From an uncultured bacterium (GTDB taxonomy: Bacteria > Auribacterota > Erginobacteria > Erginobacterales > Erginobacteraceae): a stretch of 63,261 nucleotides of DNA. The position numbers and the translations under genes were made by a program. The notes below the pieces were generated by a model. It was not told the origin of the DNA, did not search any database, and saw only the letters and a program-made list of their open reading frames with translations. Positions 27,457 to 35,800 of this stretch are shown in pieces; within the stretch, counting starts at the first letter, position 1; every line of letters begins with the position of its first letter. The stretch spans positions 1 to 63,261 of the forward strand of contig CAKZYZ010000333.1 of assembly GCA_937885075.1 (NCBI GenBank), written 5' to 3'.

Positions 27457-27580
27457 CTAAGAGAGCAAAAGGGTTTGAAAATTCTTTAGCCTTTACCATG
27501 GAGGGTTCTCAGTCACCCCGTGAACCGGGGTGCCTGATCCGGCACCCTCCGGGTGACGGAGATTCCCTTCACCCGCTCTA
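27440..27580 (+). repeat. 20-bp direct repeat of the tRNA-Gly 3' end (att-like)
   Basis: GATTCCCTTCACCCGCTCTA occurs at 27440-27459 (tRNA 3' end + 3 nt) and again at 27561-27580. The 101 nt between them contain GC hairpins (CACCCCG-TGAAC-CGGGGTG, or alternatively GGGTGCC-TGATCC-GGCACCC). Confidence 0.8.
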
Positions 27581-27715
27581 TATTTTCCTTCGGAAAATCT
27601 AGAGGTTTAAATTTTGGTTCTCAGGTTTTAGAATAAGGCTTCAGCTGTAGGTTGTTCCGAATCTAGAGGAGATGCATTTCTGGCGCACAATGAAAGTTTG
27701 TGGTCAGAGAAGCTC

Positions 27716-27850
27716 GGTGAAAGCGAACAACTTTAGGCACTTTAGCGCACTTTAGGCACTTATAACTTCTTTCTACTTTAGGCACTTTTCCGCCAGAGGC
27801 GGATCAGCCTCTGGCTGAAGCGCATTTCAAACTTTAGGCACTTATAACTT
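27716..27850. repeat. Family F array (right-arm orientation only) with an internal 9-bp perfect hairpin
   Basis: GGTGAAAGCGAACAACTTTAGGCACTTTAGCGCACTTTAGGCACTTATAACTTCTTTCT.. GCCAGAGGC-GGATCA-GCCTCTGGC .. AACTTTAGGCACTTATAACTT. Confidence 0.85.
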
Positions 27851-27866
27851 ATTTCTCCCCCCCCTC

Positions 27867-28379
27867 GTGACTAAGAATCAGAAAACATCGCGAAACAAAA
27901 TTCTCTGGGCGCCGTGGCGGATTAGATACATCCTTGATGAGAAGGAAGACGGATGTCTATTCTGTAATAAAGCCCAGAGTGATGATGATCTGAATAACCA
28001 TGTCATCGCCCGTAGTGAACATAGCTACGCTCTCCTCAATATATATCCGTATAATAGCGGCCATATGATGGTTGCCCCATATCGCCATACGGCGGAACTG
28101 GAGAATTTGCCGGCGGAGGAAGTTTCCGACCTGATGCTGCTGGTGCAACGCTCGATCAAAGCCCTGAAAGAGACAATGGAGCCGGAGGGGTTCAATGTCG
28201 GGCTTAATCTGGGACGTTCCGCCGGGGCGGGGGTGGTGGATCATCTGCATATTCATATTGTACCGCGCTGGCAGGGGGATACGAACTTCATGCCGGTTAT
28301 TTCTGATACAGATGTTGTGCCTCAATCCCTTGATGCTGCCTGTAGCCTCCTGCGGGAAGCTATGGATAAAAGAACTTAG
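27867..28379 (+). CDS. HIT family protein
   Basis: GTG start. Histidine triad HLHIHIVPRW. N-terminal WAPWRIRYI. The TAG stop lies inside family-G element copy 2. Confidence 0.85.
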   Translation: MTKNQKTSRNKILWAPWRIRYILDEKEDGCLFCNKAQSDDDLNNHVIARSEHSYALLNIYPYNSGHMMVAPYRHTAELENLPAEEVSDLMLLVQRSIKALKETMEPEGFNVGLNLGRSAGAGVVDHLHIHIVPRWQGDTNFMPVISDTDVVPQSLDAACSLLREAMDKRT

Positions 28380-28523
28380 CTTCGCAAGTTTTTTTGCCAC
28401 TAAGACACAAAGACACAAAGAAAATATTTCAAGATGCAATAACAACGTTTTTTATTCTTTCCTAAGGTTTTCTTAGTGTCTTTGTGCCTTTGTGGCAGAT
28501 TTATTGGAATTTCGGAGCAGGGA
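28373..28523 (+). mobile_element. Family G MITE-like element, copy 2
   Basis: AACTTAGCTTCGCAAGTTTTTTT + GCCACTAAGACACAAAGACACAAAG .. CTTAGTGTCTTTGTGCCTTTGTGGC + AGATTTATTGGAATTTCGGAGCAG. The interior is about 80% identical to copy 5. Confidence 0.8.
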
Positions 28524-28571
28524 GTTAGCTTAGCAATATTGTAGTTTGATCGCGGGAAAATCCATCAAACA

Positions 28572-28620
28572 GCGATAATTTCAGTGTACTTCCAATAAGT
28601 TAGCGCAAAGCGCTAACTTA
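28572..28620 (+). promoter_or_regulatory. Leader cassette copy upstream of the LysM promoter
   Basis: GCGATAATTTCAGTGTACTTCCAA + TAAGTTAGCGC-AAA-GCGCTAACTTA (perfect 11-bp stem). This is the only copy not adjacent to a start codon. Confidence 0.75.
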
Positions 28621-28624
28621 CAGC

Positions 28625-28653
28625 TTGACAGCGATTGTTTAGAACAATATCAT
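28625..28653 (+). promoter_or_regulatory. Candidate sigma-70 promoter of the LysM gene
   Basis: TTGACA (28625-28630), 17-nt spacer, TATCAT (28648-28653). Confidence 0.5.
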
Positions 28654-28697
28654 AACCACAAAATATGGAATTTGGATGTTTGATGAGGAGATTATTG

Positions 28698-29270
28698 ATG
28701 AAAGCTAATAAAAATAAATCATATTTTCAGGTTTTATTGTCTCTGGTTATGCTGAGTGCAATAATGCTTTGTTCGGTCTCTCCCGATCTGTACGCGAGAG
28801 ACCATTCAGCACCGGCGGTTGACCCGATCGTAAAAACTCGCGCGGTTGGAGAGGGGGGGAATGTCGATATGTTTCTTAACGATGTGGTTCCCGGTTGGCC
28901 CGGTTGGAGTCGTCGTTATTGGACGGATAAGGAGCTCTGGGGGAATCAGGGATATATTATCGGCGGACCTATGTCTCGTCTGACTGGCGAAGGGGCTATG
29001 GAAGCCGGCATCTCGGAGGAGATTACCGCTATCATCGAGACTCCGGAACTTCCGGAAGCCCCCCTGGAGAAGGTAGATCTGGATATCTCCGGGGAGAAGC
29101 CATCCACTCACCGGGTGGTTAAAGGAGAATGCCTCTGGTTCATAGCCGGATATGATGATGTCTATGCTAATCCCCTTCAATGGCCGTTGATATATAAAGC
29201 CAATAGAGAAAGAATAAAAAACCCGGATCTGATCTATCCCGGTCAGGTCTTTATCATTCCCCGTGACTGA
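28698..29270 (+). CDS. LysM domain-containing secreted protein
   Basis: GAGGAG SD 7 nt before ATG 28698. Signal-like MKANKNKSYFQVLLSLVMLSAIMLCS. C-terminal LysM (HRVVKGECLWFIAG..IYPGQVFIIP). The ORF-track start is 28665. Confidence 0.75.
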   Translation: MKANKNKSYFQVLLSLVMLSAIMLCSVSPDLYARDHSAPAVDPIVKTRAVGEGGNVDMFLNDVVPGWPGWSRRYWTDKELWGNQGYIIGGPMSRLTGEGAMEAGISEEITAIIETPELPEAPLEKVDLDISGEKPSTHRVVKGECLWFIAGYDDVYANPLQWPLIYKANRERIKNPDLIYPGQVFIIPRD

Positions 29271-29283
29271 GGCTCTGTTAAAA

Positions 29284-29580
29284 AGGAAAGTAATCAGTAA
29301 ACAGTGATCAGTAATCAGTAGAAAAGCAAATAAACAGTAATCAGTACCGAAGGAAAGTAATCAGTAAACAGTGGTCAGTAATCAGTACCGAAGGAAAGTG
29401 ATCAGTAATCAGTACAGCTACGCTTGGCCAACTGATCACCGATTACCGATTACCGATCACCGATTACCGATCACCGATCACCGATCACCAATCACCGAGT
29501 ACTGATTACTGATCACCGATTACTGATCACCAGTTACAGGTTACCTTTCAAATCGTCCTGTCCCAAAATCGTCTTGTCAG
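29284..29580. repeat. Largest family D word-palindrome (arms ~130 and ~115 nt) followed by reverse H words
   Basis: Left arm 29284-29414 (units GGAAAGTAATCAGTAAACAGTGRTCAGTAATCAGTACCGAA). Centre AGCTACGCTTGGCCAA. Right arm 29432-29546 (CCGATCACCGATTACC..). Then AAATCGTCCTGTCCCAAAATCGTCTTGTCAG. Confidence 0.9.
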
Positions 29581-29598
29581 AAATAACAAGCCCTCCAC

Positions 29599-30546
29599 GT
29601 GAAGACTACACTCAATTTTCGAAATCCCCAGCTGGTACGATCTCTCTTTGTCCGGGAAGAGAAAAACCTTCTCTTTCTGGGCGAGTCCCTCGGAGTTCAG
29701 GTCGTAGCAAGAGATAACTTTATCCGACTATCCGGTCCGGATGATGCCGTGGAACGGGCCGGGAGACTGCTCCGAGAACTGGGCGGGATCGTGGAATCCG
29801 GCCATACCCTGACCGGCCCCGAATATCACAGGATTATCAAAACTTACGCCGCGGATGAAAATTATTCAGTCGGCGAGGTCTATAGTGATAGGATTGAGGT
29901 TGCTTCGGAACGGGGGTATGTTCGTCCCCAGACCGTTAACCAGAAAAGATATGTGGATGCCCTCTGGAAGCATGAGTTGGTATTCTCTATCGGCCCGGCC
30001 GGAACCGGGAAGACCTATCTGGCAATGGCAATGGCGGTATCACATCTTCTGCAGGGTAAAGTGAAGCGACTGATTCTTACCCGTCCCGCTCTGGAGGCAG
30101 GGGAGAAATTGGGATTCTTACCGGGAGATCTCTATCAGAAGATATTTCCATACCTCCGTCCGCTCTATGACGCTCTCTATGATCTGATTGAAGGGGAACG
30201 GGTCAGGAGGTATGAGGAGGAGGGGATTATTGAAGTGGCGCCACTTGCCTTTATGAGAGGTCGAACTCTCAATAACGCGTTTATTATCCTGGATGAGGCT
30301 CAAAACACTACCCCGGAACAGATGAAGATGTTCCTGACCCGGATCGGGTTTAATTCCCGGGTTGTCATTACCGGGGATATTACCCAGGCCGACCTGCCTT
30401 CGAATCAGCGTTCGGGTTTGAATACGGCCCGTGAAGTTCTGAAGGATATTCCCGAGATACAATTTATATATCTTACCCGGGAAGACGTGCTTCGCCACCC
30501 CCTGGTGCAGAAAATTGTAACAGCTTATGAGAAGGCGGAGCAATAG
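29599..30546 (+). CDS. phoH: PhoH family ATPase
   Basis: GTG start. Walker A GPAGTGKTYLA, then ILDEAQN. Confidence 0.93.
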   Translation: MKTTLNFRNPQLVRSLFVREEKNLLFLGESLGVQVVARDNFIRLSGPDDAVERAGRLLRELGGIVESGHTLTGPEYHRIIKTYAADENYSVGEVYSDRIEVASERGYVRPQTVNQKRYVDALWKHELVFSIGPAGTGKTYLAMAMAVSHLLQGKVKRLILTRPALEAGEKLGFLPGDLYQKIFPYLRPLYDALYDLIEGERVRRYEEEGIIEVAPLAFMRGRTLNNAFIILDEAQNTTPEQMKMFLTRIGFNSRVVITGDITQADLPSNQRSGLNTAREVLKDIPEIQFIYLTREDVLRHPLVQKIVTAYEKAEQ

Positions 30547-30554
30547 TAAGAAAT

Positions 30555-30700
30555 ATCTGCATCAAAATGTGAATAAAATTGCCACAAAGGCACTAAGACA
30601 CTAAGGAATAAACAGGAAATAAGAAAAACGTAGTTATTACATCGGTAATTCTTTTATTTGTGTCTTTGTGACTTAGTGGCAAAAAATTGCGAAGCTAAAT
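30555..30700 (-). mobile_element. Family G MITE-like element, copy 3
   Basis: GCCACAAAGGCACTAAGACACTAAGG .. TTTGTGTCTTTGTGACTTAGTGGC + AAAAAATTGCGAAGCTAAAT. Ends 5 nt before the pgpH ATG. Confidence 0.75.
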
Positions 30701-30705
30701 GCAGA

Positions 30706-32958
30706 ATGATCAAGATATCATTTAAAAAGAAAGGGGAAGATGGCCGCCCCCGGAGCAAGAAGAGGAAGGTAGCCGAGGGGGGGAAGATCGCCCGGGCATT
30801 GGAGAGCGGTATCTCCGGGAGATGGGCATTGGGGGCGGGTATCTTCATCGCAAGCGTTTTAATCATCTCCTGGCGGGGTATGCCACTGGATATTCCAATT
30901 ATCGGCCAAATCTCCGAGCGTGATGTTGCGGCAACCTGTTCCTTTTCATTCCCTGACCGGATTAAGACCGAGCAGGCCCGGGATATAGCCGAGGACCATC
31001 AGCCGGTTGCCTATCTGGTTGTTCAGACCGTTTTAGAGGAGAAGGGAAATGCCTTGCGGCATTTCTTCCGCCGGTTATCGGGAGAATCAATACCCGTTAA
31101 GGCTCCTCCGCTGGATCTGGTATTAATCCCCCCGGATCGGCTTCTGCGAGATTATTTAAATACTGTTATTCCCCGGCCGTGGGAAGAAAAATTCCTTCAC
31201 ATCCTGGAAGACGCGTATCGCAATGGCATCCTTACCTCTGATATTAAGCGGACGCTCTCTAATACTCGCCAGGATGAGATCATGCTGGTTAATCCAGGAA
31301 CGAACGAAGATCGGATAATCTCGATCTCCGAAATCCCCGAACTCTCATCCTGCCGGGCTGCCGTGGCAAAGCAGGTGGAAGATAATATTGTGATGGGAGG
31401 GAGTGCTGTAGACGGACTGGGAGAAGTTATCCGGTGGTTCATCGAGCCCGACCTTGAATTTGATCTGGAGAAGACGGAAGCACTGAGATCGTCCGCCCGG
31501 AGCGATATCCCGGTTATTATGACTGAGGTAAGGAAAGGCGAGAAGATTATCCGCCAGGGGGAGGAGGTCCGGTCGATTCATATCCAGAAATTTCGTTCCT
31601 ATCAGGAGCAGCTCTTCCGGCTTGAACCGCCGATCTCATTACTGTATTATGCGCTTGGAAATGGTCTTCTGGTCGCTCTTTTATTTATAATTGCTATCTA
31701 CTATCTGGATCATTATCATCGGGAGATCAGCCGGAGTAATTCCCGGTTGCTTCTTATCTCAACAGTGATAGTTCTGGTTCTTCTCCTGACCCGTCTGCTC
31801 CGCCAGGCCTTCTGGCATCTTCCCCCCGGGATGATGGAGTTTACCCGCTATATATCGCCGGTGACAATTGGAACGATGCTGCTCTGCTTGCTGGTCAGTG
31901 TGCGGGTAGCGATATTTTTTACGCTGATTCTCTCTCTTCTCATCGGCCTTATTCTTGGGGGCGGACCAGGGTACATAGTTGTGGTGATTATCGGGTCAAT
32001 TGCCGGGATCTTCGGGCTGAGCGGTGCCCGGAGGAGGATTGACCTCTTTCGGGCCGGACTGATCTCGGCCGCGGCTGGTTTTCTGGCGGTGGCCGGACTG
32101 GGAGTTGCCGGAGGGTTAGGACTGACCGTATTTATTGTTCAGGGGATTGGTGCTGCTTCCGCCGGAATCCTCTCGGCATTTTTTACGCTGATTGCTCTGG
32201 GATTATTTGAGTCTCTCTTCCGGATCTCTTCGGATATTGGTCTTCTGGAACTCTCCGATCTCAATCATCCGCTTCTGCGCCGGTTGATGATCCGGGCGCC
32301 CGGGACATATCATCACGGCCTGATGGTGGCAACTCTGGCGGAAGGTGCCGCCGAAGAGATCGGTGCCAACGCGTTGCTGGCCAGGATCGGGGCATATTTT
32401 CATGATATCGGCAAGATCACGAAGCCGGAATATTTCTCTGAGAACGAGACCTCAGGATTTAGCCGGCATGATGCCCTGATCCCGAGCATGAGTAGTCTGA
32501 TTCTGATCGCCCATGTGAAGGAAGGGGTGGATCTGGCCCGCCAGTACAAACTGGATCGCCGGATTGTCGCTATTATCCAGCAGCATCACGGGACCAGTCT
32601 GATTTCCTGTTTTTATGACCGGGCCGGGAGGAATCACCAGCTGAAGTTTGATGTTATGGAAAAAGATTACCGGTATCCCGGTCCCCGGCCGAAGAGCCGG
32701 GAAGCGGCAATTGTCATGATGGCCGATGCCGTGGAAGCAGCCTCGACCTCCCTGGATCGGCGTACTCCCAGCCGGTTGGAATCTCTGGTTGAAAATATTA
32801 TTCGGGAGCGTTTTTCCGATGGACAGTTGGATGAATGCAGATTGACCATGGTGGATCTGAGAAAGATCGGAGAGAGCTTTGTCCGACTGCTATCGGCGAG
32901 ATATCATACCAGGGTTAAGTATCCGGAGGTGGGGAATGGGGGGGGGGGTAAGCAGTGA
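30706..32958 (+). CDS. pgpH: 7TM-HD membrane phosphohydrolase (PgpH/YqfF family)
   Basis: Extracellular N-domain, 7 TM helices, and a C-terminal HD domain (HHGLMVA..FHDIGK..HH). The ORF-track start at 30658 lies inside family-G copy 3. The last codons and stop lie in a family-B arm. Confidence 0.9.
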   Translation: MIKISFKKKGEDGRPRSKKRKVAEGGKIARALESGISGRWALGAGIFIASVLIISWRGMPLDIPIIGQISERDVAATCSFSFPDRIKTEQARDIAEDHQPVAYLVVQTVLEEKGNALRHFFRRLSGESIPVKAPPLDLVLIPPDRLLRDYLNTVIPRPWEEKFLHILEDAYRNGILTSDIKRTLSNTRQDEIMLVNPGTNEDRIISISEIPELSSCRAAVAKQVEDNIVMGGSAVDGLGEVIRWFIEPDLEFDLEKTEALRSSARSDIPVIMTEVRKGEKIIRQGEEVRSIHIQKFRSYQEQLFRLEPPISLLYYALGNGLLVALLFIIAIYYLDHYHREISRSNSRLLLISTVIVLVLLLTRLLRQAFWHLPPGMMEFTRYISPVTIGTMLLCLLVSVRVAIFFTLILSLLIGLILGGGPGYIVVVIIGSIAGIFGLSGARRRIDLFRAGLISAAAGFLAVAGLGVAGGLGLTVFIVQGIGAASAGILSAFFTLIALGLFESLFRISSDIGLLELSDLNHPLLRRLMIRAPGTYHHGLMVATLAEGAAEEIGANALLARIGAYFHDIGKITKPEYFSENETSGFSRHDALIPSMSSLILIAHVKEGVDLARQYKLDRRIVAIIQQHHGTSLISCFYDRAGRNHQLKFDVMEKDYRYPGPRPKSREAAIVMMADAVEAASTSLDRRTPSRLESLVENIIRERFSDGQLDECRLTMVDLRKIGESFVRLLSARYHTRVKYPEVGNGGGGKQ

Positions 32959-33085
32959 GCGGTGAGCAGTAAGCGGTAAGCAGTGAGCAGTAAGCGGTAA
33001 GCAGTTAGCGGGGAGCATTCGGCGTAGCCTCGCCAGCGACACCGCTTACCGCTTACTGTTTACTGCTTACCACTTACCACTTACT
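32947..33085. repeat. Family B word-palindrome
   Basis: The left arm GGTAAGCAGTGAGCGGTGAGCAGTAAGCGG.. starts in the last pgpH codons. Centre GGGGAGCATTCGGCGTAGCCTCGCCAGCGACA. Right arm 33042-33085. Confidence 0.9.
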
Positions 33086-33117
33086 CCCTGTCCATACTTT
33101 CAACTATATACTATCCA

Positions 33118-33585
33118 ATGTCATATAAGGTAATAATCACAAACCGCCAGCGCCGTCTCCGTTTCAATCGGGGGGGGATAGAAAAACTGGTGGGGTATGT
33201 TCTGGGCAGTGAGGGGGTCAGGGAAGGGGAGGTAAGTCTTCTTCTTCTCAATAACGCTCAAATCCGTCTTCTTAACCAGCAGTATCTGGCTCGGGATTAT
33301 CCCACGGATGTCCTTTCTTTCCCCCAGAATGAGGGGCCGGAAAGGAATCTCCAGACCTGGTTTCTTGGTGATGTCGTACTATCAACCGAACAGATTGTTC
33401 GGCAGGCCCCCGAGCATGGTCAGAATGTGGAGGATGAGTTCACGCTCTGTCTGATCCATGGGGTTCTTCATCTCCTTGGATATAGCGATCATCCGGATGA
33501 ATATCGGGAGATAATGCGAAAGAGAGAGGAAGCCATCCTGAGGTTTTGGAAGGAGAAGAAGAGATGCTCCCTCATAAAGTCATAG
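33118..33585 (+). CDS. ybeY: rRNA maturation endoribonuclease YbeY
   Basis: HGVLHLLGYSDH zinc motif. 155 aa. Confidence 0.93.
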   Translation: MSYKVIITNRQRRLRFNRGGIEKLVGYVLGSEGVREGEVSLLLLNNAQIRLLNQQYLARDYPTDVLSFPQNEGPERNLQTWFLGDVVLSTEQIVRQAPEHGQNVEDEFTLCLIHGVLHLLGYSDHPDEYREIMRKREEAILRFWKEKKRCSLIKS

Positions 33586-33620
33586 ATAGTTTTAATGCCG
33601 CCGTCGCGGGTATTGTCTAA
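33564..33620 (+). pseudogene. Possible 18-codon stub of a diacylglycerol/undecaprenol kinase gene (dgkA)
   Basis: AAGGAG SD and an ATG overlapping the ybeY 3' end give MLPHKVIDSFNAAVAGIV*. This resembles DgkA N-termini (..SF.YA..GI) and sits where dgkA follows ybeY in Firmicutes-type clusters. It could instead be a chance mini-ORF. Confidence 0.3.
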
Positions 33621-33629
33621 ATTATTTAT

Positions 33630-33666
33630 TTGTATTTTGGGATTTGTGATTTGGAATTTTGGAATG
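33630..33666 (+). repeat. Family L: short ATTTKGR word array
   Basis: TTGTATTTTGGGATTTGTGATTTGGAATTTTGGAATG, between the dgkA stub and recO. Confidence 0.6.
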
Positions 33667-33736
33667 TAAATACGTTAGCATTAATAATTATAGTAAAACC
33701 ACATAGTAAGACTGAGAACCGATAAAGGTAAAATAA

Positions 33737-34495
33737 TTGGCTCCGCAAAAAACCACAGGAATTATTATCCAGGTTCGTGATTATTCGGAGACCAGCATGC
33801 TGGTCAATATTCTCACATCAGACTCCGGGCTCCTGAAGACCATAGCCAAAGGATCTCGCCGGTTGAAGAGTCCGCTTCGCGGGAAACTGGAACTCCTTAA
33901 CTATGGCGCGCTGGTCTATTACCCGAGCCGGACGAGTGACCTTCATATCCTCTCTCAATTTGATATTATCAATTCTTTTCCGGAGGCATTAAACACATTG
34001 GAGAGATCGGCCTTCTTTCATTATCTGGCGGAACTCTCGTCTTTAGCCGCCTATGGGGAGGAAGGTAGCGGAGCATTATTTAATCTCTTGCTGCAAATGC
34101 TTGGAGACGCCCCCGATATAGATGCTATTATTCCGGCTCGATTATGGTTTGAAATCCGCTATCTCCATCTGCTGGGAGTATTCCCATCGTTTGACCGCTG
34201 TAGCCATTGCGGCGGGCCGTTGGGGGATGGTGTTAAATTCGCGCTTAAGAAACCGGGCTGGATCTGCGCGCGCTGCCGTGGTCAGGTGAGTGATACAATA
34301 GATATCGAACCGGGAGTAATGGCTATTATCAGTTATATTCTTAGAAATAGTCTGAATCAGGTAATGAAACTCAAGCTCTCCCGCCGGCAATCGGCTCTTC
34401 TGGATCGTTTATTATCTTATCTCGTTGACACCGCCGCGCATAAAAAGATAAAGTCGAAACGCTTCTTAAACCATATTTTAGGAGGGGGAATTTAA
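33737..34495 (+). CDS. recO: DNA repair protein RecO
   Basis: TTG start. OB-fold N-domain and Cys4 zinc motif CSHCG..CARC. The TAA stop lies inside family-G copy 4. Confidence 0.88.
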   Translation: MAPQKTTGIIIQVRDYSETSMLVNILTSDSGLLKTIAKGSRRLKSPLRGKLELLNYGALVYYPSRTSDLHILSQFDIINSFPEALNTLERSAFFHYLAELSSLAAYGEEGSGALFNLLLQMLGDAPDIDAIIPARLWFEIRYLHLLGVFPSFDRCSHCGGPLGDGVKFALKKPGWICARCRGQVSDTIDIEPGVMAIISYILRNSLNQVMKLKLSRRQSALLDRLLSYLVDTAAHKKIKSKRFLNHILGGGI

Positions 34496-34630
34496 CTTCG
34501 CAACTTTTTTGCCACTAAGACACTAAGACACAAAGAAAATAAGAGATGTAATATCTCCATTATTCTTTTTATTATTATTTCTTAGTGCCTTTGTGTCTTT
34601 GTGGCAGAGTTATTAAAATTCCGAAGACGA
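34493..34630 (+). mobile_element. Family G MITE-like element, copy 4
   Basis: TTTAACTTCGCAACTTTTTT (contains the recO TAA) + GCCACTAAGACACTAAGACACAAAG .. CTTAGTGCCTTTGTGTCTTTGTGGC + AGAGTTATTAAAATTCCGAAGACG. Ends 5 nt before the glyQ ATG. Confidence 0.8.
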
Positions 34631-34635
34631 CGGTT

Positions 34636-35487
34636 ATGATTGATTTTCAGACTTTAATATTAACTTTGCAGGAATATTGGAAAGATCAGGGCTGTGTTCT
34701 GGTTCAGCCGTATGATCTTGAAGTAGGCGCCGGTACTTTCGCACCGCCGACTTTTTTCGGTGTTCTGGGTCCGGATCCCTGGAAGGTAGGGTATGTCCAA
34801 CCTTCCCGCCGCCCTTCGGACGGACGTTATGGGGAAAATCCCAATCGCCTCTACCAGCACCATCAATATCAGGTTATCCTGAAGCCTGCCCCGGAGAAGA
34901 TTCAGGATATCTATCTAGACAGTCTGAAAATACTGGGGATTAATTTTCAGAGGCATGACATCCGTTTTGTTGAGGATGATTGGGAGTCGCCTACTCTGGG
35001 AGCTTCCGGCCTGGGCTGGGAGGTGTGGTGTGACGGACTGGAGATAACCCAGTTTACCTACTTTCAGCAGATGGGCGGTTTTGAATTGGACCCGGTTCCG
35101 GTTGAGCTGACTTACGGGTTAGAGCGAATCGCTATCTTCCTGCAGGGAGTTGATAACGTCTTCGATCTTGAGTGGGCTCCCGGCGTAAGCTATAGACAGA
35201 TGCGGAAGAGGCAGGAATACGAATTCTCCCGTTACAGTTTTGAGGAAGTACCGGTTGAGGAGTACCGCGATCTCTTTACCCGATTTGAAAAGGAGTCCAC
35301 TGATATTCTCCAGTCCGGCCTGGTATATCCCGCCTATGAGTTGGTTCTTAAGTGTTCCCATATATTCAATCTCCTCGACGCCCGCGGGGCGATCAGTGTA
35401 AGTGAGAGAGCGAATTATATCGGTCGGATCCGGAAGCTGGCCAAGGGATGCGCTGAACTGTATACTCAAAAAAGACAGGACGATTAG
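34636..35487 (+). CDS. glyQ: Glycine--tRNA ligase alpha subunit
   Basis: [38 protein letters not shown]. The ORF-track start at 34585 lies in family-G copy 4. Confidence 0.96.
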   Translation: MIDFQTLILTLQEYWKDQGCVLVQPYDLEVGAGTFAPPTFFGVLGPDPWKVGYVQPSRRPSDGRYGENPNRLYQHHQYQVILKPAPEKIQDIYLDSLKILGINFQRHDIRFVEDDWESPTLGASGLGWEVWCDGLEITQFTYFQQMGGFELDPVPVELTYGLERIAIFLQGVDNVFDLEWAPGVSYRQMRKRQEYEFSRYSFEEVPVEEYRDLFTRFEKESTDILQSGLVYPAYELVLKCSHIFNLLDARGAISVSERANYIGRIRKLAKGCAELYTQKRQDD

Positions 35488-35800
35488 GGGCAGGATTATT
35501 TGGGCAGGACTATTACAGGCAGGACGATTACAGACTGAACGTCGAACCAGCCTTCGCTAAAGCTATGGCAGGCAGGCTGTCCAACATCGAATGACGGAGA
35601 ACACAGATAAAGACTGAACATTTGCTTGCATCCCGAATATTTCGGGGCAACGTTCAACGTTCAACGCTCAACTTTCAACATTCAACCACACGAAACAATC
35701 AGTGTAAATTAGTGTAATTAGTGGACAGAAAAGCCGCCAATCCGAGGCGAAATAATCAGAGTAATCTGTGTAATCCGTGGACAAAAAAGGGGGGGAGGCA
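35475..35800 (+). repeat. Mosaic separating glyQ from glyS (H words, A words, M1, M3, module I, G-rich module)
   Basis: CAGGACGATTAGGGGCAGGATTATTTGGGCAGGACTATTACAGGCAGGACGATT starts inside glyQ. M1 at 35546-35575. M3 GCTTGCATCCCGAATATTTCGGGGCAA at 35615-35649. TTCAAC words follow. Module I at 35688-35790. GGGGGGGAGGCAGGGGG follows. Confidence 0.85.

Noticed and set aside
34496-34635. T-box leader upstream of glyQ, as in Firmicutes glyQS.
   Set aside because: The whole gap is a family-G element copy shared with four unrelated loci. No specifier loop or T-box (AANNNGGGTGGTACCGCG-like) sequence is visible.
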